This document shows, piece after piece, positions 44,171 through 53,745 of a stretch of 64,000 nucleotides of DNA. The position numbers and the translations under genes were made by a program. Location of the stretch: positions 62,001 through 126,000 of the forward strand of contig CP060773.1 of the NCBI GenBank assembly GCA_023205875.1, read 5' to 3'. Source of the stretch: Chloropicon primus (taxonomy: Eukaryota). Under the pieces are notes generated by a model. That model saw nothing but the letters and a program-made list of their open reading frames with translations. It was not told the origin of the DNA and ran no database searches. Positions within the stretch are counted from its first letter, which is position 1; the number at the start of each line of letters is the position of its first letter.

Positions 44171-44626
44171 GCCAAGAGCAAGGAAGTTCAGGGGTTGTGC
44201 CGGTCGACCAAGGGACCCATACCATTGTGATCACGTAATCTCATCAAGCCACGCTCCTTGGCAAGACATTGGGACACTCTTTTGGGGGAAGAAGGACCCC
44301 GAACTTGGGTTGGTTTGCGTCCAGAGAGAGGAGAGTCCTAGGAGAATCCTTGACTTCACTCTGCCAAGAGCAAGGAAGTTCAGAGGTTGTGTACCGGTCG
44401 ACCAAGGGACCCATACCATTGTGATCACGTAATCTCATCAAGCCACGCTCCTTGGCAAGACATTGGGACACTCTTTTGGGGGAAGAAGGACCCCGAACTT
44501 GGGTTGGTTTGCGTCCAGAGAGAGGAGAGTCCTAGGAGAATCCTTGACTTCACTCTGCCAAGAGCAAGGAAGTTCAGAGGTTGTGTACCGGTCGACCAAG
44601 GGGCCAACACCATTGTGATCACGTAA
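44171..44626. repeat. Tandem repeat of a ~194-bp unit (about 2.4 copies)
   Basis: Units start GCCAAGAGCAAGGAAGTTCAG at 44171, 44363 and 44557 and are nearly identical. Confidence 0.97.
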
Positions 44627-44964
44627 CCTCGGCAAGGCACGCCTGATTGACAAGCCGCTGCCGCCCTATCACGTTGTTGGCTTGAAAACGCGGGAGGACT
44701 CACTCGAGTTGTTGACTCCTGGGACACAGGACAGAGAGGTGGCCGAGTGGACTTGCGGTTGAGGGACTGGGCAGAGGGATTGATTGATTTTGTCCCTTCC
44801 ACTTCCTTCCCTTAACCCTCAGACAGTTTGAGCGGAGCGGAGCGAGACACGCACGCACAGAACCCCGCTGCTGCTGGTCTTCTATCCACAGAGATCGATT
44901 GAGCGTGAGTGCGTGAGCGTGTGAGTGAGTTGGGTGGGTCAAAGGCGACCAAGGAAAGTTCAGC

Positions 44965-46329
44965 ATGTTTCACATGATGTCCTACCGCGAGAAGCGGCAG
45001 AAAAAGTCCAGGATGGCTTCTGCCATCATTGACTTGAAGGGTCCTGTGCAAGAGATGGACAAGGTTCCTATGAAGGACGACCTGAACACGACGTACAGCA
45101 TCACGGACCAAAGCAGGGATAAGTTCAAGGAAGAGCTTGCAGAGATCATGGAGAAAGTCAACCGGATTCCAGTGATCAAGGACAAGTCAGCGGATCACAC
45201 GATCGTCGAGACTTCAGGGGAGGTCAAGAAAGAGCTGGAGAACTTGGACGACCTCATCCGAAACATCGAGCAGTGGAAGGACGCTCTGATCTCGAACGAG
45301 GCACTTCCCATTAACCTGCTGGTGAGCCTCACGGTGTCCGTGAGTTGGCTGCTCCGGTGCAAGGCAGAGCTGACCAAGAAGATCGACAACTTGGTGACCA
45401 AGAGCACCGAGCTCACGAATGACTACCTCCTTTATCGAAGCCGAGAGCTGAACAAAGCGCTGCTGGACAAGATAACAGACAATGCTGAGCTCAAAGCGGT
45501 GGAGGAAGAGAACGACAAGCTGAAGAAGAAGGAGAGGAGCCTGGCGATCGCCCAGAGGTTTGCCCGGTTCGCCCTTAAGATGAAGTCGCTTCGAGAGAAG
45601 AGGCGAAGGCTCAAGACATCCAGGGAGGGGTCATCGTACAGCAGGTACAGCTCACTGACGAGCAGGAGGACAACGCCGGCTACTTCGATGCTGCCATTGT
45701 TCGAAACTGTCAGCGCAACGCCGAGAAAGAGCACATTCCAGGAGAGAGAGCCCGAACCGATCGAGAACGCCGCGGGCGAGCAGCATCATCCGGAGATCAG
45801 CAGAGCGAAGGTGCAGCACCAAATGATGCAGCCTCAGAAGCACCAGTACTCGTCGTTCACTTCTCAGCTTCTGGATGAGGAGCCATACATCTGGAAGGCT
45901 TCGAAGAACGCGAAAGCGTCACAAGCTGCGGACGAGAAGAGCAACTCCGTGTACATGCCGATACCGAGCCAGGTGATCGATAACTTCAAGCCGAGCAGCT
46001 ACATCCTGGCTCCGCTGCCGACCGACGGGGACAAGAAGACCAAAGAGGATGTCCTGAACCGGAGAGAGAGCTTTCTGAGCGACTTGAACATGACCTCGTT
46101 CAACGATATTGTCAAGTCGTCGACGTCTTCAAAAGAGCAGGGCGGCGGGGACTTGATTTGCGAGGGCCTGCACGGACTCGCGGAGAAGCAAATGTACACA
46201 AGGCAAGAGGTTCTCGAGGCAAGAATCAAACACGCAAAGCAGCTGCACCAGCTCCAGGAGATTTTCGAGGAGAGAATACGGAGTGTGAACTCGTACTACC
46301 AAGAGATCATCTCTTCTCAAGCAGGCTGA
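44965..46329 (+). CDS. Uncharacterised coiled-coil protein (454 aa)
   Basis: Long ATG-initiated ORF with typical codon bias; no recognised domain. Confidence 0.78.
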   Translation: MFHMMSYREKRQKKSRMASAIIDLKGPVQEMDKVPMKDDLNTTYSITDQSRDKFKEELAEIMEKVNRIPVIKDKSADHTIVETSGEVKKELENLDDLIRNIEQWKDALISNEALPINLLVSLTVSVSWLLRCKAELTKKIDNLVTKSTELTNDYLLYRSRELNKALLDKITDNAELKAVEEENDKLKKKERSLAIAQRFARFALKMKSLREKRRRLKTSREGSSYSRYSSLTSRRTTPATSMLPLFETVSATPRKSTFQEREPEPIENAAGEQHHPEISRAKVQHQMMQPQKHQYSSFTSQLLDEEPYIWKASKNAKASQAADEKSNSVYMPIPSQVIDNFKPSSYILAPLPTDGDKKTKEDVLNRRESFLSDLNMTSFNDIVKSSTSSKEQGGGDLICEGLHGLAEKQMYTRQEVLEARIKHAKQLHQLQEIFEERIRSVNSYYQEIISSQAG

Positions 46330-46480
46330 TTCCCCTGCTCCAACGCACGTTGTGCGGTGGTGCCACCAACTTCATATAAGAAGTGGGAGTCTGAGGGCCA
46401 GGGTCCCCGCTTTCTTGCTTGTGCTCTTGTCATCTTTATTACCGTGTATAATTGTACTTTATTGTGTGTCCACTTTTGCT

Positions 46481-47661
46481 TCACGTGAGAACAGACTCCG
46501 CGAGCTGAAGGTCCTCTGGAGTTGTGAGTTTGATGTTGTAGTAGTCCCCGACCGTGATTCGAACGGGCTCCCCGAGCTGCTCGATGATAGAAACGTCGTC
46601 CGTTACCTCAAGATCTTCCGCTTTGACTTTGTCGAATCCTTTCCTCAGCAAGTCTGGCTTCATGACTTGGGGGGTCTGAACATCCCACAGCGTTGCCCTC
46701 TCCGGTGTTCGGACCACCAGCATGCTGTCCTTGTCCACCTCCTTGATTGTGCTCTTCACGGGCACAGCGAGAACTGCCGCGCCGTACTGCATTGCATCGT
46801 TGAAGCATGCAAGGGCATCCTCAGCCTTGAGCAAAGGCCTTTGTGATTCGCAAGAAAACGAGGACAAGACGCCCACACAGCGCTGTCAGTGCCCCTCCTG
46901 CTCCCAAGCAGTGACCACCAAAGTTCGTTCGCTTACCTCGCAGAGTCGTGTATCGCCACAAGGGATGCCCCCTCCCTCGCCATCTGGAGCCCATTGAAGC
47001 ACGAGTCCTGCCTCTCTTTCCCTGGCCTTGCGAACTTCAGGGGCTTGCCGATCCCCACTCCCTTGAACAGAGACTCCCACTCCTCCTCGCACACGACTAT
47101 CACCTCACCGACGTGGTCCATGTTCGCGAACACCTGTGTCCAAGGCAAAAGGGAAACCAAAACCATCAAATCACGCGATTAGACTCCCTGGAAACCTTTT
47201 GGATCAATCCAATGCCTCAACGAGAACTCCAAAAGAAGCATGCATGACCTCCTTACCTCAAAGCTGTACAATGCGATCTCCTTTCCACCCAGTTGTATGT
47301 ACTGCTTGGGAAGCTTGGCACCCATGCGTTTGCCCACACCCCCAGCGAGGAGGACAACGCTGACGGAATCCAAAGGCGTCGTAACTTCCGCCGAGTCGTT
47401 ACCACTCGAAGAACCGACATGCATATCCCTCGTCCCCGCCAATTTCGACGAGAACCAGGCACGACGTGGTTCCCATCCTCTGGCCTTCTTCTTCGTCAAG
47501 GCTTCTTCATGCGATGCTTTGACTCGAGTACGCGAGCATCGTGATGGAAGCGATGAAGGATTGGAGCGGCGGATGATTCTGTTCGTGGAGCTCCTCATTC
47601 CCGTCGTCACTCCTCCGCCATGCAGTGCGCTGCTTGGGATGCCGCGGGTCATCCTCGCCAT
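46481..47661 (-). CDS. ISPD: 2-C-methyl-D-erythritol 4-phosphate cytidylyltransferase (MEP pathway); exons 47661-47257, 47133-46937, 46838-46481
   Basis: LLAGGVGKRMGAKLPKQY, GKERQDS, AIHDSARPL, VQTPQ, VTDDVS and NIKLTTPEDL; Ser/Arg-rich transit peptide. Confidence 0.95.
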
Positions 47662-47704
47662 CGCCTCGCCTTCCTTCTGGAGAGAACTGGATAAGAAAGG
47701 AAAA

Positions 47705-47876
47705 AATCCATCAGCAGCAGCAGAATGGAATGGAGGAGGAGGAAGGAGGGAGGAGGAGAGAGGAGGGGTGATGCATGCTGGTGGCACGGTGGGATCATCA
47801 CCAGTGCTTTGCTCCCTTCTTCGTGCTCTTTCCAAAGACCTTTCACTTACCTTGCTGGACAAACGGAGGAGGAAGG
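47705..47876 (-). repeat. Dispersed ~170-bp element, copy 1 (predicted 5'-UTR intron of ispD)
   Basis: Near-identical to 63249-63413. Minus-strand CAAG|GTAAGT donor at 47850; CAG acceptors at 47687 and 47677. Confidence 0.9.
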
Positions 47877-48177
47877 GGGTGGATCACGGAAGTGGAGAGA
47901 AGCTGATCGATATCGATCGATCAAAGCGAAAGCGAAAGCGAAAGAAATAAAGAAATAAATCAGTCCATATAATATACCCCACCGTTACTCCTACAATACT
48001 CGTACACACCGAATATTATGCTGTGACTTGCACGTGTGCACCAAAGGGACAAAGCCAAAACTCAAGGATACGCGAAAACCAAAAACACTTGCTTTCCCTT
48101 GTGTCCACTGGCTCGGAGACCTCCCTTTTTTCGCGCGTGCACAGACCCTTGAATTCCAACACTGCGATGACTTCGCT

Positions 48178-50565
48178 CTAGTGGGAAAGCAAGTTCTTGA
48201 TGTAAGCCTCGTCCTCTTCTTTTTCCCGCTCTTCGTCCTCCCTCCTCAGCCTCTCCTCCTCCTCCATCTTCCTTCTCTTTTCTTCGGCATCCATGTTCGA
48301 TTCGATCGCGCCCAGGCGTTCCTGTATCGAATTCAAGACATTCATGAACACGGTAGAGTCGGCCTCGCCGAACACTCCCTGCTCGGACTGCCTGGCCACC
48401 TTATCGAGCCCAAGCCTTTCCTCAAAGGCAGTGGACTTCCTCCTCTTTGCCTTGAGGGTGTGCTTCAGCTCGTTCTTTTGCAGGTCGAACACGTGGGCCC
48501 TGTGCTGGATCAGCACGTCCTTCAGGGTCGGATTCATCACCATGATGTCCTGGAAGTCTTCCTTGTGAAGGAGGTGCAAATCGCAAAAGCTGATCGCCAT
48601 CACGCTCGCATTCACGGCCTCTCCCGTGATCAGACTCCTTTCACCAAAGTGGTCGCCGCTGCTCAGCACGGGATTCGTCGCAGACACCAGAGGAGCGCTT
48701 TGGTTGATGAACTCGGCATCGCCGGGCTCGAACTTGGAATTGGATGGTGCGATTCCCACGCTGGCCTCCGCAAGATCGAAAACTTTGCTGTTCGAGTGTG
48801 ACAGCCTCCTCCTCGCTTTCCTGCTCACCTTCTGCTGGTCGAGAAGCTTGTCCACGGCGTTCTGCTCTTCCTGAGTGTCCTCCACAATCAGTATCCCGGC
48901 AGCATGCTTGGCAACCGCATTGATCTCTTCCTGAGACAACTTCTCGTCGTCTTTTTGGTTCGTCACCTTCTTCAGCAGGTCCCTCTCGTGGGTCTGGTTG
49001 GTGGTCTCCGAAACCAAGACCTCGCAAGAGCCACGGCTGATGATGTAAACGCCTATTGCCGGATCACCCTTCCTGATCACGATATCTCCAGGCAAAGCGA
49101 GGACCGTTTTCATGTGCCTCACCACTTCCAGCACAACGATGGGCTCCACGGACTTGAAGAGAGGAACTTTCCTCAAGAGGTCCGAGTGCATGAAGAGCAG
49201 CACCTCGTCCCTGAGACTGCTTGGCAACCCTTTGGTGAACTCGTCCAAACCCGTGTCGAGATCCCTGTAACGGATCCAAAGGTACTCGTAGTACTGCCGG
49301 ACCCTCTCTCCCAGCTCCTCGGGCATGTTCAAGTACCTGATGATGTCGTTGATCGAGTCGATCTTGTTCCTGAACACGAGGTCCTTGGCCTGCAAGGCGT
49401 TCATCAGCGCCGCGACGATACCGAAGACGGCCGCGTACAGGAAACTACCCACGAGAAGCATCATCACGGACAACGCGGTGGTTCCCTTGTTGAACGGATG
49501 GACGTCGTTTCCCAAAAGGAGCAAGACCGCCCAGTAGGAAGCCTGAAGGTATGGGTTATCCGCAGGAGAGTCCCAACTTTTTTCGCACATGGCCAGGTAG
49601 GCGTGGTCCAACTCGTTCGAATCACCCGATCCGCAAACGATGAGGTGCCACAGGCACGTAACCCAGTGCAGGACCAGGATGATGATCCCCAGGAGCCGAA
49701 GTATCCTCCAGATGTTCGCGTACACCCCGAGCCTCTCGATGAACTTGAGAATCCTTCCCAACCGAAGAAGCCTGGGGAACTTGAACAGCGAGAAGATATC
49801 CGAGTTCCTGTCGATGCCAGAGCTTCCTATGGAGGCAAACAGCTCGAATGGAAAACTCGCGAGAACGTCGATGATAAACCAAGTCCTCAAGTAATTGGAC
49901 TTGATCTTGTCCCTGGACGCCACAAGCCTACCGAACTTATCGTAGTACGCCGTATAAAAGTTGAAAGCTATGTCTAGGATGAACAGGCAGTCGAACGTGT
50001 AGTCCAGCCCAATCTTCCACCCCTTCTCCTTCTTCGAGAAGGCCGAGTAGTACGGGATCGCAACCGCCGAGTAGATCACCAGCAGGATGATGAACAGGTC
50101 CCAGGTCCTCCTGAAGCTCGACCTTGGATCGATGTAAAACTCGTCGTAGTCCGTGAGGTCGGAACCGTCCTTGAGGGCGTCCACCTCCCAGCTCGGGTCT
50201 TCCCCATCCGCCTTGCTCTCGTTGAAAGACTCCCTCCTGTACTGAAACATGCTCTTGGCAGTCGCCCTCAACACCCTCTTCGCAGAAGAGAAGCTGCTTC
50301 TTCGCATAAGACTGCGAGACTTCTTCGGCCGTTGCCTCTTCTTCGCTTCCGCGGCGAGCTGCTTGGCCGCTGCATCATCCGTCCCAGCCATCGACATCCT
50401 CCTCGGTGCACGCACGTGGAACTTCTCCACCATGTCATTGTGCTTCTTGTCCTCCGTTGGTGCTGTTGGCGTCCCTGGAAGGTCCGTCTCATGATTCTGA
50501 ACCCCACGTCCTCGAAAACTGTTCGCTTTCTTCAAAAGCTTCTTGTCACTCCCAGCCTCAGACAT
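48178..50565 (-). CDS. Cyclic-nucleotide-binding-domain cation channel (KCNH/CNG/HCN superfamily)
   Basis: YIDPRSSFRRTWD, NYLRTWFIIDVLASFPF, S4 FPRLLRLGRILK, C-linker, LRKVPLF, PGDIVIRKGD and GDHFGERSL. ATG at 50565. Confidence 0.93.
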   Translation of the reverse strand: MSEAGSDKKLLKKANSFRGRGVQNHETDLPGTPTAPTEDKKHNDMVEKFHVRAPRRMSMAGTDDAAAKQLAAEAKKRQRPKKSRSLMRRSSFSSAKRVLRATAKSMFQYRRESFNESKADGEDPSWEVDALKDGSDLTDYDEFYIDPRSSFRRTWDLFIILLVIYSAVAIPYYSAFSKKEKGWKIGLDYTFDCLFILDIAFNFYTAYYDKFGRLVASRDKIKSNYLRTWFIIDVLASFPFELFASIGSSGIDRNSDIFSLFKFPRLLRLGRILKFIERLGVYANIWRILRLLGIIILVLHWVTCLWHLIVCGSGDSNELDHAYLAMCEKSWDSPADNPYLQASYWAVLLLLGNDVHPFNKGTTALSVMMLLVGSFLYAAVFGIVAALMNALQAKDLVFRNKIDSINDIIRYLNMPEELGERVRQYYEYLWIRYRDLDTGLDEFTKGLPSSLRDEVLLFMHSDLLRKVPLFKSVEPIVVLEVVRHMKTVLALPGDIVIRKGDPAIGVYIISRGSCEVLVSETTNQTHERDLLKKVTNQKDDEKLSQEEINAVAKHAAGILIVEDTQEEQNAVDKLLDQQKVSRKARRRLSHSNSKVFDLAEASVGIAPSNSKFEPGDAEFINQSAPLVSATNPVLSSGDHFGERSLITGEAVNASVMAISFCDLHLLHKEDFQDIMVMNPTLKDVLIQHRAHVFDLQKNELKHTLKAKRRKSTAFEERLGLDKVARQSEQGVFGEADSTVFMNVLNSIQERLGAIESNMDAEEKRRKMEEEERLRREDEEREKEEDEAYIKNLLSH

Positions 50566-51837
50566 CTTAATTGCCAAGATCAAGTAAGAAACAAAAGATT
50601 GCCAAACACTTCCACCTCACTCACTCTCTCTCTCTCTCTCTTCACGAGAAGCGGACTCTCTCCTTGCTCTTGGGATGGACACCCCAACCGAATGTATGGC
50701 GCGCAACAAGAATGCTTCTACCTTGGGACGAAAACGTTCTCTCCTCTTCTCTCTTCCAACCAACTCATGGCATCTCTCTTTGTCAAGAACTTTTCGTAAC
50801 GGCTGGTCTACACAGAAGCAGAAGAAGTTGAAGCAGGCATGCAGACGCAACTGTGAGACAAAGATTCTTAACGGGGGTTTCGAACCCGTGTCTAAGAAAA
50901 AGTTGTTAAGGTCTAGGTCCTGTTCTCTGTGTGTGCGTGTGTATGTGTGTGTGTCCAACGTGCCTTGTTGTTGGGTAAAAATGCTTTTGAACCTCCTTGA
51001 AGGTGACAAGGATGGTGGTCACTGGACCTCTTCAATCCACAGGTCGCTTGACCCCTCCGCTTCCCCCCTTCTCTGCTGGTCGTTGCCTCCTCCCCTTCCC
51101 CATGCATTGCATGGTTTCAATACGAGACGTGGCCCCACAGGCGTCCCACCGTGGGAAATCTACTCCAAAGGGTAACGTCGTGGGTAGAACAATGGGGCGT
51201 CGAGTGAAGCGTCGTCGAAAAGTGATTAGAAAGGGGAAACCACGTCCTGGGGAGAGAGGAGGAGAGGAGCAAGGTGCACGTGCTCTGTGAAGAATCTTAT
51301 ACACGATAAGTTGTAATCCAGCTGGCACCTCATGGGACCATGGATGGACCATTGCTCTTAGGATGATGGTCGGCAAAGGCTGCCATGCATCTTGCAAGCT
51401 TGCCCCTGTCGGTGCAATTACGTCACCTCTGCAGTGCAGTGCCAGACAGAGACTCCTCTTCTCTGTGTCTTGTGCCAAGATGAGGTATGGAATGGGAATG
51501 GATCTGGTGGTCTCCACGGGGCAAGAGACAAACACACAAGATAGGTGGATAGATAGCAACAATGATGAATGATGCATCCATCTCTCTTGCCTGTGTCTCT
51601 GTGTCTGTGTGTGTGTGTAAGAGAGAGAGACAGAGACAGAGACAGAGACAGAGACAGAGAGAATGGGGCCTGCCTGATGAAGGAAGGCGGGTGGGGATGG
51701 ATGGTTACGGGAGGTCATCGCGATTTCCTCGAGTAGTTAATCACCATGAATTACAATTCTGTAACAACCTGCGGTAGATGGATGGATGCCGTCCGCTCGT
51801 TCACTCCTGCTCCTTCTCCTCCTCCTCTTGCGGCGTA

Positions 51838-53745
51838 CTACTGTTGCAGGTTGACCGTCCAGTCGAACGCCTCGTACTTCTTCTTAAAGTCCTCAACGGC
51901 CCTGGTGCCGGACTTGTTGAGGAGGGACTGGAGGACGGTCCCTCCGAGGCCCCTGTAGGACTCCGGGTCGCCGTCAATGGCGTGGAGGTACCCCTTGCCC
52001 AACCCAAACTCCACCCAAAAGTAGGGGAACCCCTCCGGTATCTTCTCCTGGATCCCCCTCGGCCCCGTCTCGATGAGGTGCTTGCTGTGGAACTCAGAGT
52101 TGAGCTCGTCGCTCCGCTGCGCGAACTCATGCTTGAACAGCATCGGCACGCTCGCCATCCGGTTCAGGGGGACGGGGACGGCCTCGACGCAGACGTGTCC
52201 CCTCTTCCCCCCGAGCTCCGTGAAGACGACCCCGTAGTTCATGGACCCGAACATCTGCATCAAAGACTTCTTGAAGTTCCTGATGTCCACCAAAGTGTTG
52301 TCGTCCGCGACCCTCGTGGACGGGAGGTGCTCCATCGGAACGATCAGACAGTGCCCCTGGGCGACGCTCCGTTTTCCGGTGGGAAGCCTGAGATACGACA
52401 TTTGACCGATGGCGACGACCAATTGCTTCGGTCGGTTTGGATTGGACAGGCAGTACCTGCAGTGCTCCTGAGATCTCTCCGCTCTCTGAAACGCCTGGAC
52501 CTGCTTCTGCCTCGAATCGCTTCCCCCGCCGCTCGACTTTTTCCTCCTCTTTTCCGAGGTCCTTCCCAAGACCCTGAGTGCCCCGTCGTTGTCGTACTCC
52601 TCGTCCACGCCAAGGTGCGCTGCATTGAACGACTTCCTCTTCGAAATGTGGCTCTCGATCAGCTCGTCGACCCCCCTGGCATCCCCGAACTTCTGCTCGC
52701 GAACGAGCGTCTTCAGATCCACGTCGTCGTCCGCAAAGTAGGAGACCCTCTTCCCGTCCTCGCCGTGGGACTTGAATCTCCCCGAGGGATCCCCAGGAGC
52801 GGCTTCCCTCGCGGACTCTTGGGATATGAGCCTCCCGCTGAGTGAGACTTTCGGGAGAATGACCTCCCTAACCCTCTGCTGGCCTCTTGGACCCCCGGCG
52901 TCACTCGATCCGGCACTGCCGCTGGCCTTCACCCCAGCCGTTGAGCCCTTGAGCCTCGCCCGGAGCAGGTCCGCCATTTTCCTGCTGCTTCCTCCCGAAG
53001 CACTCCTCGCGGCAACGAGATCGTCCGCAGGCTTCTCCGCTTGGACGATGCTTTCGGCATTCCTCCGCGCCACCGACCCGGCCCCCTCGCCCGATTCTCT
53101 TCCCCTTCTCCACGAGAGTTGAGAGTTGGGCGCACCGGAAACGACGGCTCCTCCACTTGGGGATCCCCCGCTTCTCGCATTCTGACCCCTTCCGCTCGCG
53201 GAGGAGGCTTTCAGGTCGGACCCAAAGCGTTCCTCGACGACGTCCGAAACGCTCCTTCCTTCCCTCTCGGCCCTCTCCGCTGCTCTCCTCATCGCCTTCA
53301 ATCTCCAGGAGGCCCCGCCGTCCCCCGGCGGACCGCTCCCCCGCTGCTTCGCACCACCACCTTCGCCCCCCATGTTTCTCAGTCCAACAGACGCCGACGC
53401 ATCCTCTTTCTTCTCCTTGACGGCCTCCGGCTCGACCTCGACCGGCGTCTTGGGCTTTGCAGCGGTGGGTATCGTCATCCACGCCATTCCGTGACTCTCC
53501 CTCCTCTCTCTATCCCTCACCAGCGTCGGCCTCTCCTTCTCCCCATCAGACGCAGGACCCTCTTCGTCACCCTCCGTCCCAATCTCCTCCCTCTCTCTCC
53601 TCCTCCTCCTCTTCCTCTTGTGCCTCCGCCGCCTACGCTCGCCGTCCCTCTCCACCCCCGCCGCCTCACCGTCCGTCTTCCCCCTCACCTTCTCCTCCTC
53701 CTCACTCGATGAACCATCGAGGAAACTCACACCACTCGACATCAT
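51838..53745 (-). CDS. CWF19L2: CWF19-like 2 (CwfJ domains) spliceosome-associated protein
   Basis: GDGGASWRLKAMRRA, RVSYFADDD..LKTLVREQK, CRYC, GHCLIVPMEH, IRNFKKSL, IPEGFPYFWVEFG and YEAFDWT. Confidence 0.92.
   Translation of the reverse strand: MMSSGVSFLDGSSSEEEEKVRGKTDGEAAGVERDGERRRRRHKRKRRRRREREEIGTEGDEEGPASDGEKERPTLVRDRERRESHGMAWMTIPTAAKPKTPVEVEPEAVKEKKEDASASVGLRNMGGEGGGAKQRGSGPPGDGGASWRLKAMRRAAERAEREGRSVSDVVEERFGSDLKASSASGRGQNARSGGSPSGGAVVSGAPNSQLSWRRGRESGEGAGSVARRNAESIVQAEKPADDLVAARSASGGSSRKMADLLRARLKGSTAGVKASGSAGSSDAGGPRGQQRVREVILPKVSLSGRLISQESAREAAPGDPSGRFKSHGEDGKRVSYFADDDVDLKTLVREQKFGDARGVDELIESHISKRKSFNAAHLGVDEEYDNDGALRVLGRTSEKRRKKSSGGGSDSRQKQVQAFQRAERSQEHCRYCLSNPNRPKQLVVAIGQMSYLRLPTGKRSVAQGHCLIVPMEHLPSTRVADDNTLVDIRNFKKSLMQMFGSMNYGVVFTELGGKRGHVCVEAVPVPLNRMASVPMLFKHEFAQRSDELNSEFHSKHLIETGPRGIQEKIPEGFPYFWVEFGLGKGYLHAIDGDPESYRGLGGTVLQSLLNKSGTRAVEDFKKKYEAFDWTVNLQQ

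Noticed and set aside
44171..44626. Possible CRISPR array
   Set aside because: Whole units are near-identical with no unique spacers, there are no cas genes, and the context is eukaryotic.
47179..47862. N-terminally extended IspD from a TTG start
   Set aside because: The extension runs through the predicted UTR intron and low-complexity DNA; the ATG at 47661 already gives a normal transit peptide.
47705..47876. TPP or cobalamin riboswitch
   Set aside because: The conserved aptamer motifs (CUGAGA, CCUGAU...UAAU...GCGNAGGGA; B12 box) are not visible on either strand.
10431..53745. Splicing-factor cluster (SF3B5, ZOP1, CWF19L2)
   Set aside because: The genes are 14-26 kb apart with unrelated genes between them, which is consistent with chance.
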